Shown here: positions 54,289-64,000 of the stretch, in pieces
Layout of the letters: each line of letters opens with the position of its first letter
Position numbering within the stretch: the first letter of the stretch is position 1
Assembly: GCF_902652985.1 (NCBI RefSeq)
Contig: NC_047015.1
Coordinates: 39,618,001 to 39,682,000, forward strand
Length of the DNA stretch: 64,000 nt
Source of the DNA: Pecten maximus
Lineage: Eukaryota
Direction: 5' to 3'
The notes under the pieces: model-generated
Database searches by the model: none
Told to the model about the DNA's origin: nothing
Seen by the model: only the letters and a program-made list of their open reading frames with translations
Position numbers and translations under genes: made by a program

Positions 54289-57200
54289 CTACGGTCTTGC
54301 ACAATCTCTTAGCACCCGTAAAGTAGAGAAGCTACCAAACTGTTTAGCAATGTCCTCTGCATTCAAATCTCCCATCTTTAGTGACAAGTCAGCTTTGGCT
54401 TTAACAAGCATTTCAACCACAGTTTTGTGACCTAAAACAGGCAAAATATACAATAATAAATTACATTATAAAATACATCAAGTGAAAAGATCTTAGTTCC
54501 GATTATATACATTTGTGTCTGGAGTAGTCATAATCATGTTGTCTAAAAAAAAAAATCAAAAAAAAATCACGATGTATTTTTAAACAGATATATCGGTATA
54601 CTAGAAGGATAAAATGATTAATGCAGTGACATTCCATTTCTCTATCTTTACAGCTTGAAGAAAATAGGAACTGCTTTTGTAAAAATGTCAAGAAAAGGTA
54701 AAACTACATGTTGCATTGTGTATATATACATGTAGTATACATTATAATTTATTTAATTATGTTATGAAATTTTGACTCAGTTTTCGTAAAATTATTTATT
54801 TAAAGACAGTTTCAGTTGTTTTATTAAATGGCTGATATGTTCTGTACAAGATGATCAATACCGTGCATAACTGCCAGGTGTAGAGGTGTAGAATCTTCAC
54901 ACTGCGGGTTGATGGTGTTTACATTAATGTTGGGACATCGTAACAAAATCTCCACCAGCCGATCGTTACCACTGTTTGCTGCTGCATGTAGGGGAGTGTT
55001 ACCAGTGTCAGATGGCTGGTTCACATCTATCACAGGCTTCACCTAACAAATGAAGAAATTTGTAATTAAGACGGGTCAAATTAAGGTTAAAAGCAATATA
55101 CATCTCAAGGTATGGCACTACAGCATCAAGGCTTTTTATCACTGATTTGGGATGGGACATTTTTGTCTCATGATGGGAAGAAAGCTAAAGAATTGGGAAG
55201 GAGATTTTCAGGAGTTGGGAAGAAAGCTAAAGAGTTAGGCAGGAGATTTTCAGGAGTAAACTGCAAATTTTGGTAATTTGGCTTAGATATGAAATAAATT
55301 TGATTGGAAATGGGACCCATTATTGGTCCCAAAGAGCCCTTAGATAAAGCCCTTTAATTGGCATTTAATTTGAAATTTAAGTTAATTAACAGGGAAAGTG
55401 TACGTGGTCACCTTAGAGTTAACAGCAAATTAGCCCAACATTTCATGCATGGTGATCTCAATATACAGCCCATGGTATATACCTATGTACATGCATGTAT
55501 GGCATTTGATTTCGTGGCAGAATCACAGGAAATTCACATAAATTCTCAACCCAAAATTGTCCATGTACATAATGTATATATACTTGTGTAGAGCTAGGAA
55601 TTTGTGCAGAGTCCAGTGATTTCTTTTGGGTACATTTTTTTGGGGCCGAATAAAGGCCCTTTATCACTGCACTATAGTGAGATTGTGTTGTATTTTGCCA
55701 ATTTCATGTTCATATTAACCCAATCGGAAAATTGTTCAAGAGTCCCTGTAATATCATTTGTATGAAGAAATGTTAATCAGTATGTATTTCAAGAATATGT
55801 ACTTATACTTCTAGTTTCTGTTTTAATATCGAAGCTAAAATTAAATTAGACCTGTTGATAGTACTTCCCCAATTAGCGCAAAAAATACCACCTTGTGTTT
55901 GCCTCCCTGGGGTTGAGGTCTCCTTGTCTTACCCTGAAGGTAATTTTGCAGATTAATCAATTTCAAAACAGTCACTTAAGACAAATGGTGGTTTCCGATC
56001 ACAAATGATAAAAAATATTAGCCCACTACTCCAATCTTAAAACAAGAGCTGTTGGAGAACAGCATAGCTCGTCTCGCAAATGTTTGTCAATAAATGATTA
56101 ATATTTATTAATTGGAATGGTTTCGCAAATTGCATTAATAATATTTATATTGTTTACTTGATCAGATTGTTTTGTGAATTCATGCAATTTTCAAAACCAT
56201 ACCAATTGATATATATATATAAATTATTTATTGACAAATATTCTGGAGACAAGCTATGCTGTTGTAGATTGAATGAATATATTAAATAGAAATGTAATTG
56301 CTTTTGGACATATTTCTTTAATTTTTTGATAAAATATTATCCTTATGAGAGTTGTCTCCCTTGAAAAATGTGGACCGGTATAAATTGTCTAATGTGAGCA
56401 TTTTCACATTGTTTTTTTTTCAGTTTCACTCCAAGAAGGGATAGTGTAACTCCATAGGGACTCTTTTACCAAATATCAGCACCCTAGTACAATCATAAAG
56501 TGATGTGTTAATAGCTTTCAACATTTGCACAAAAATTTTAAAAAATCTGTTTTTTCCCCCAAAAAATATTTCAGTTGAACTCCGGCAAGGGATAGTTTAA
56601 CCCCCACAGGGAACCTAATACCATGTATTGCTATGCCTTTCAACACTCACAACATAAACTTAACACAAAGTCCAAAGATTTAAAAACAAAAAAACAAAAA
56701 AACACAGATTTAAAAAGAAAAAATCCAATTTTTTTAAAAAGGTTTTACTCCAGGAAGGGACTGTCTTACTCCATAGGGACTCTATTGCCAAATATCAGCA
56801 CCCTAGTACAATTATAAAGTGATATATTAAAACCTCTTAACACTTGCACCAAAACCTTAACGCAGAAATATTCTAAATTTGAAAAATCTGGGTTTCTTTT
56901 CAAAAAAATCTTGAAGTTTAACTCTGGCAGGGGATATTTTAACTCCAGAGGGACTCTATTGCCAAATATCAGCACCCTAGTACAGTTATAAAGTGATGTA
57001 TTAATACCTTTCAATACTTGTACCAACAATTTCAAAATTCTGTTTTTTTCCCCAAAAAAATCTTTTAGTTAAACTCCAGCAGGAGGAATTACTATGCCTT
57101 TCAACATTTGCACCAAAAACATAACACTTGAAAAACCAACGCCGACGCTGGAGTGACAACATAAGCTCTGACTCTTCTTCGAAGAGACGAGCTAAAAAAT

Positions 57201-58601
57201 GTTTACAGTAGGGGATGGGGCTTAATTGCGGATCATATTGTATTTCCACATACAATACTTACTCTATTATTAAGGCAGTATTTTATTACTTACCTTGTTA
57301 ATGAGGTATGGTGTCACTATCATATAAAGTATAGAATTATCACTTACTCTGCTGGTGAGGTAGTGTACCACACTACACTGGTTGTACATAACAGCAGAGA
57401 AGATGAAGGTGCGACCATGTGCATCAATGAAGTGTGGTTTAATAAGACCTTCAGTGAAGTAGTAGTGCACCACATCCACAAAACCCAATCTGATGGCCTG
57501 TCCTAGTCGTGTGAGGTTGATGTCCTCGTCTGGAGAGGGACGACTTGAGGACGGCCTTGGTGGCAATACCTTACCCAGTAGATTCCGATAAAAGTTCACT
57601 ACAGCTGACCAAACACTGACTAAGGCAAATGAACGAGTGGCCAGTATCCATTGGGCATATTGTTTGTTTTTTGTAGAACACTTGACATCTGACAACAGCA
57701 TTTTATACTGAGCGTGTTTCTGTGATGACAGAACATCCAAGTGGTTCAAGAACATATTTGGTCCTTTGGTACTTAGCAGTTTGTCTGGATATTCCCTGAA
57801 CAAGGCTCTGATAAAGTTATTGATGTCTCTTTGATTCACTTTCCCCTGGTCTTTCCCCACCGCAAAAGCAAAGCTCATCTCCTCAATTAAAATACTATGC
57901 TCTAAATCAAACAATTCAATTTTCTGGACATCTTCGAAACCAGAAAACCAGAAATGTGCAAATGTCACAAAGTTGTCCTCACTGTTACAGTAGGCAGTTA
58001 TCTCGGAGACCATCTTGTTGGCTCTTTCCAACCAGTTGGAGACAATAGTAGCATCCATATAGCACAGAATGTCATCAAAGTTCCCCTCAGCCTGTGACTT
58101 TGTCATCTGTGAGCTGTATCTGTGCACAGGCCTAGACTCCATATCCACATCAGAGTCATTATCAGAACTTAAGCTTTTCTTGTATTGTGATCGCAATGGA
58201 GGGATTCTTGGTGGTTTTGGTAGTTCGTGTCTAGACGGTTCTGTGCTCAAAACTTTGTGACGAGCCCTCTTTGTCTTTCTTCTAGCCCTGCCCACCTTGG
58301 TAGGGACAGGTGGAGATTTGACAATGATAGGTGTGGTGGATTGGGGTGTATCCTCCTCAATAGGCAGTTCTGGAGGGGTGCTTCCATTGGTAACACACCC
58401 AGAATCTGGAGATATGTGCCTCCCTCCATTAGTTGCCTCTATGCCTCCTACTGAATCGGAACTACTTATAGATAACTGATCAAAGTCTTTGGTTACCACT
58501 TCCTCATCTGTGAGAAATTGGGGTTCTTCGTCATCACTGGTCCGAAAGGTCAGACGGGAAACACATATCAGTTCACGCAAGTCTCTTACACCACGACTCA
58601 T
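54289..58601 (-). CDS. Uncharacterised protein with C-terminal ankyrin repeats (525 aa). Exons 58601-57348, 55042-54862, 54431-54289
   Basis: Long ORF ending TSR|GTAAGT; exon 2 VKPVIDVNQPSDTGNTPLHAAANSGN...DSTPLHLAVMH (ANK TPLH motifs); exon 3 GHKTVVEMLVKAKADL...RDCARP*. Phases 0 and 1 are consistent. Confidence 0.88.
56039..57199 (+). mobile_element. HINE/Helentron-type element (different family) in intron
   Basis: aaacaagagctgtt..aacagc hairpin, subterminal IR tagctcgtctc (56065) / gagacgagcta (57184), 3' hairpin ctcttcttcgaagag, internal repeats of gggactctattgccaaatatcagcaccctagtaca. Confidence 0.8.
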
Positions 58602-60240
58602 TGTCGATAAAATATCACAGGTTGTTTGGACGGAATGTGAAGAAAATCAGTTTTTACTACTGATTACATTATTACAGCTATCAGACTTATTATATTGATA
58701 TTTAAAAGAAAACAGCACAAATTTCAAGACATATTAGATTATCCTACATTTTGAAATTCAATCTCTACTCGAACACGAATATTAAGTGTCCATGCTGTTA
58801 CAAGGATGCTTGGTAATGTGAATCTAGAATGCCAGGCAAAGCGAAAGAAAAACATCAAAACTGATGAAAGTCTCCCTGCCAGCATCATATACTTTTCACA
58901 CAAATTTGTTGCAATGGCAATCATCAGTAAAACGTTTTCAGTCAAAATAATTACAGTTTGTTTACAGACAATTTTGAATAAACAAGTGCTTCTACTGCAG
59001 AGAGGAGTGGTAGAAAATTGTCCATTTTGGTGAAGCTTCTTTCATGTAACTTGAATCTGAAATTAAAGTACAAAAAAAGTTCATGTATGGTTTACTCTAT
59101 GTTCACAGCAGTAGAGTCTGCAATAATAAATTTATAATAAGAGCACAGCTCTTCTTGCAGCGTAGCCACAAGAGGCTCTTTTCCAGTAACATGTACAAAC
59201 AATTGTAGTCATGGTAACATTGAAATACTATGCTCCCAGAATCCTTTGTCACACAATTAGCAAGCATATAGATCTAGAGCTACCACAGTCTTTAACATTT
59301 ACAATACTAATAATTTTTTCCATACTTTCTAAAAATATCTCTATAATGTGAAAGTGATTTTTTTTACTTGAGATAAGTAAAATTTGTGCTTCTTTAAAAA
59401 CAGAAACCAAAGATTCTTTGAACTTTTCTGTTTTCCCCTCACTGCAAGAAGCTTTGTTTCTTTTTCTACACGATTAAGCGTGATAAATTAAGAATATAAT
59501 GTCAGGATATATATGAAAGTTAATTACCAATAGACTTTTTATAATACAGAAAGCATTTTATAATTGATAATTATAATGCATCCAAATATGAAGTTCCTTT
59601 GCTGTCCCTATTTTTACCACACCAATAACATTACAACAAGCTAAGGCCACAGACAGGTCTAAAATAATCTTTATTTCTTTTGAACTACATATATTAATCA
59701 TTCAAATACTTTTATCTTCATTCCTATTTATTTTACATCAGTCTGTTTTATCGAAAAAAAAAAAGTAACTGCAGTGCACTATAGTCTATATGTGTGTACA
59801 GTTAGATGCTGCATTTGTGTCAGGCAATACCTGTTTTTATATTATTAATCAAAAGAGTGGAGATCAACATAAACATTGAACTGAGCATTATGTTACATTG
59901 ATCTGAACATTTTTTCTTATCATTACAAACCCTATACACATGCTATATGCTACATTGTATCTATATGTGTGAAGAACATCCTCTGTTTTTTCTTTTGTGA
60001 TGCAAGATATTCCTACCTACATATTCTTAACATAATTTGACCATGTCCTTTAAAATATATATACATTTTTTTTCGTCAAATTAATTATGTGTGAAAATGT
60101 CGGTGTATCCTACAAAAAAAACTGTAATTTCTTCAAATGAATATCGCTTGTTCTACTCCAGTGCCAAGGCATCCAATATTTACTCTGTTCAGAGACTTGT
60201 ATATATCAGGATGATATACACGTCTCTGCTCTGTTGCATG

Positions 60241-61809
60241 AACAAGAGGCCCATGGGACCTGTATCGCTCACCTGGTTGGATTTGACCAAATGTCAAAAT
60301 AATGTTCATGTTCAATTCATTTTGTTTGTCAACCTCAAACAGTGCTATATATGGTTATAGTGTGGGGATCCCAGCTGCTTTAAAGAAATAATGAAGTCCA
60401 GACTCTGAGTCTCTAAGTTTACAACATGCATTCATAACTTTATGACTAGTAGCGATTTAAAAGGAATTACCATTATTTACCCTATGGGGCCCCATCCCTT
60501 TGGTCCCACGGGGGTCAAAGTCATTTTCCAAGGATGTTTCTGATCAAATTGGGTTCAAATCCATTCATAACTTAATGACTAGTAGCGATTTAAAGGAATT
60601 ATCTCTATTTCCCATATTGGGCCCCGCCCCTTTGGCCCCTTGGGGGTCAAAGTCATCATTAATGCAAAATCTGTTTTGCTTTATATTTAATTTATATTCT
60701 CCAAGGATGTTTCTGACCAAATTGGGTTGAAATCCATTCATAACTTTATAACTAGTAGTAATTTAAAGGAATTACCTCTATTTCCCCTTATGATCCCCGC
60801 CCCTCCGGCCACTTGGGGGTCAGAGTTGCCATTTATGCAAAATCTGTTCTTCTTCCCACAAGGATGTTTCTGACTTAATTAAGTTCAAATCCATTCAAAT
60901 CTTTATTATTTGTAGCCATGTAAAGGAATTACAACTATTTCCCCTATTGGGCCCCGCCCCTTTGGCCCCTGGAGAGTCAGAGTCACGAATTATGCAAAAT
61001 CTGTTCCCCTTCCCCCAAGGATGTTTCTGACTAAATTGGGTTGAAATCCATTCATAACTTTATGACAAGTAGCGATTTAAAGGAATTACCTCTATTTCCC
61101 CTATTGAAACCCGCCCCTTTGGCCCCTTGGGGTCAGAGTCACCATTTATGCAAAATGTGTACCCCTTCCCCCAAGGATGTTTCTGACCAAATTCATTAAT
61201 TGGGATCAAATCCTTTCATAACTTTATGACAAGTGGCGATTTAAAGGAATTACAACTATTTCTCCTATTGGGCCCCGCCCCTTTGGCTCCTTGAGAGTCA
61301 GATCAGTCACCATTTAAGCAAAATCTGTTCCCCTTAAGCTTCCCCCAAGGATGTTTCTGACCAAATTGGGTTTAAATCCATAGATAACTTTATGATTAGT
61401 AGCGATTTAAAGGAATGCCTCAATTTCCCCTATTGGGCCCCGCCCCTCTGGCCCCTTGAGAGTCAGAGTCACGAATTATGCAAAATCTGTTCCCCTTCCC
61501 CAAGGATGTTTCTGACTAAATTGGGTTGAAATCCATTCATAACTTTATGACAAGTGGCGGTTTAAAGGAATGACCTCTATTTCCCCTATTAAAACCCGCC
61601 CCTTTGTCCCCTTGGGGGTCAGAGTCACCATTTATGTAAAATCTGATCCCCAAGGATGTTTCTGATCAAATTTGGTCAAAATCCAACAAGAACTTTTTGA
61701 CTAGTAGCGATTTGAAGCAAATGTTGATGGACAACGGACGGACGACGGACGCCGCACCATGACATAAGCTCACCGGACCTTTCTACCTTCGGTCCAGGTG
61801 AGCTAAAAA
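60241..61809 (+). mobile_element. HINE/Helentron-type element with ~8 x ~160-bp satellite units
   Basis: aacaagaggcccatggg start, subterminal IR gctcacctgg / ccaggtgagc (61794), (gacg)n tract, tandem units containing caaggatgtttctgac..aaattggg..aaatccattcataacttt. Confidence 0.88.
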
Positions 61810-62023
61810 TGTAAATATATAATCTTCATGATCATGATCAGTTGCCCGAGTTTCCTCTGGCCCGGACATCATGTCTGGTATACAGCCAAACCCACCACTA
61901 TATGAAAACGTGGAATTCTTAGACTTACATTAACATAGATTCAGAGCTAGAGGAAACCACTCGGGCTAAATCTTCAGAAGACATGCACATATGACTGAAA
62001 ATATTCTAGTTCTAGCCTACGAT

Positions 62024-62147
62024 CACAGGCGTCTGAAGTTCTGACAGTAAACTGAGATATAATACCATAGAAAAAATAATAGTAGATACTCTTATTTTTT
62101 CTATGGTATTATATCTCAGTTTACTGTCAGAACTTCAGACGCCTGTG
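62024..62147. mobile_element. Intact palindromic MITE, 7-bp TSD CTACGAT, P-superfamily-like
   Basis: ~55-bp near-perfect inverted arms cacaggcgtctgaagttctgacagtaaactgagatataataccatagaaaaaataa; ctacgat at 62017-62023 and 62148-62154. Confidence 0.9.
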
Positions 62148-62425
62148 CTACGATCGCGACTACGGGTACGGTATGCTTTTTTCAAATGCATCACCTGTGT
62201 CAGGTACAGTGTAATTGATTTTATCTATATATCTGTCAAACAATATTTATGTGCGATCCATCTCATATATAAAATATTTTTAAACGCACCCCAGTGGTCA
62301 AACTGTCAAAATACTCGACTTTAGCTGCCTGAGCCTGGGTCCAGTCTCCAGACGAAACTCGTAATTTATAAACTTGAAAATCTAGAGAATTTCGTATAAA
62401 TGAAGAATGTGTTATGTAAACTTAC

Positions 62426-62758
62426 TCTAGATGACTTCTTTCGTTTTACTTCCATCAGTTTTTGGCTTTTCTTTTAAATGAGAAAATCGAATGCATACTG
62501 CAAAGTTTGTTGTAGACGAATAAACCCTAGCGTCAAGGCATTTTCCTATTCATCCATGTCAACAAAAGGTTCTCTATTTTTCACTACTAGAAACGCACAG
62601 GGGATCCTGATCATAATCATAATAGAGCAGATGCTTCTTTTCAAGTTCGATGAAATCACGTAGCCTACAAGCATTTCAACGACTCGATTTAAAAGTCATT
62701 TTGGCTTCGTCTGCAGACTGCAGCTAATTTGAGGGGGGAATCGTTTCACACATCATCA
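62426..62758. promoter_or_regulatory. Putative bidirectional promoter region, including a candidate non-coding first exon of the ankyrin gene
   Basis: Minus-strand donor GTAAGT at ~62425 and acceptor tttcag at ~59057 would link to the ankyrin-gene exon; the DCXR ATG lies ~330 bp away on +. Inference only. Confidence 0.4.
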
Positions 62759-62810
62759 ATGGAAATAGCTTTTCACGGCAAACGGGCACTTGTGACAGGT
62801 GCCGGTAAAG
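62759..62810 (+). CDS. DCXR: L-xylulose reductase / dicarbonyl reductase (SDR), first coding exon; gene continues beyond the window
   Basis: MEIAFHGKRALVTGAGKG then AG|GTAATT; closely resembles the human DCXR N-terminus MELFLAGRRVLVTGAGKG, including a 52-nt first coding exon. Confidence 0.8.
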
Positions 62811-63084
62811 GTAATTTTTTTACTTGTTCTACAATTCGGAAAGTGCGACAGACGATAGGAAATTGACGTTCTATCATTCTGTAACGTGGAACAACTGGAA
62901 CTGTGCTAGGTACAGGCAGAGACATATATACAGAGAGATTAGTAACATCGCTATTTCCCCGTACACGTAGTGGCTCCCTTTATTCGTGACAACTCAAGCA
63001 TATCCCTTATCGAGAGCGTCTTGTCTCCTATCAAACACACGCGAGCGCAGGTAAATCGGGCTTTGCGCATGTGTGTATCGTAGT

Positions 63085-63720
63085 ATTGGAACTTATTCGA
63101 CATGTTCTGGTTAATCCGCCATTACGTCAGACCAAAACATCGTCATTTTAAATACACACAGAAAGCACATCGTTTTATTTTGGCCACTACAAAAGTTACC
63201 ACATTAACCAAAAACTATCAAACTTATGGGATATGGTCTTATTGATCATGCATATTGTTGTCATTTATCCGTATTTTCGAAAATCCATTGGGTCCTATTC
63301 GATATGTCCAAGTTTGTAATTAAGCCGCCATTACGTCAGACCAAAACATCGTCAATTTTAAACGCACACAAAAAGCACATCGTTTTATTTAGGCCACTAC
63401 AAAAGTTACCACATTAACCAAAAACTATCAAACTTATGGGATAAAGTCTTATTGATCATGCATATTGTTGCCATTTATCCGTATTTTCTAAAATCCATTG
63501 GGTCTTATCGACATGTCCAAGTTTTGTAATTAAGCAGCCATTACGTCCGACCAAAACATCGTCAATTTTAAACGCACACAAAAAGCACATTGTTTTATCT
63601 AGGCCACTACAAAAGTTACCACATTAACCAAAAACTATCATACTTATGGAATGTGGTCTTGATTATCATGCACATTGTTGTCATTTATCCGTATTCTCGA
63701 AAACCCCATAGGGACTTTTC
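63085..63720. repeat. 210-bp tandem repeat, 3 copies, in DCXR intron 1
   Basis: gccattacgtc.gaccaaaacatcgtc recurs at ~63116, 63326 and 63536. Confidence 0.9.
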
Positions 63721-64000
63721 GAAAATTGGAGATTCCCGCCGATCTTTCCTGCGTTGTGCTTGACTTTCATACTCAAAATACAAACACTTGGACAGCAAAT
63801 TGTGATATATTTCATATTGATGACACTTCTGCACTTTGATATTAATAAAATTAAAGCACATAATTGGATCTTGGTGATGATTTCAAATAGAAATTATCGA
63901 TAATTATGTGTCTGGTTTTCAAGTTTTCTCCAATATATGGCGTCTGGTGAAGACTGAACCGAGCGACTGCAAAGGATTGTGGGAAGGTCAGGGGCCACTA

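Overview
AT-rich, intron-containing animal genomic DNA; the repeat families (HINE/Helentron-type elements carrying ~160-bp satellite arrays, Penelope-like and CR1/L2-like relics) suggest a bivalve mollusc (inference). It is not prokaryotic: no operons, CRISPR arrays or rRNA. Genes reconstructed by hand from GT-AG sites, all on the minus strand except the last: (1) a two-exon, 111-aa signal peptide + Ser/Thr mucin + GPI-signal protein (4803-7029) that the ORF track misses; (2) three tandem type-B carboxylesterases (14469-16753, 22115-24317, 29715-33789), each with one large exon and a phase-2 terminal exon, two ending in GPI-like tails and one apparently secreted; the first has two +1 homopolymer frameshifts; (3) a four-exon type-I membrane protein with an IgGFc-binding-protein N-terminal-like domain and a Thr/Glu stalk (41614-47448); (4) a three-exon uncharacterised ankyrin-repeat protein (54289-58601); (5) exon 1 of DCXR/L-xylulose reductase on + (62759-62810), head-to-head with (4). 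Non-coding highlights: a 159-bp solo LTR with a tRNA-like core and 4-bp TSD (33998-34156); a foldback element whose centre is the reverse complement of its own end-to-end junction (1308-1662); a palindromic MITE with 7-bp TSDs present both empty (62024-62147) and with a HINE nested in its loop (47722-49718); a minisatellite built from a splice acceptor (29960-30430); and several other minisatellites. Most short ORFs in the track are spurious.
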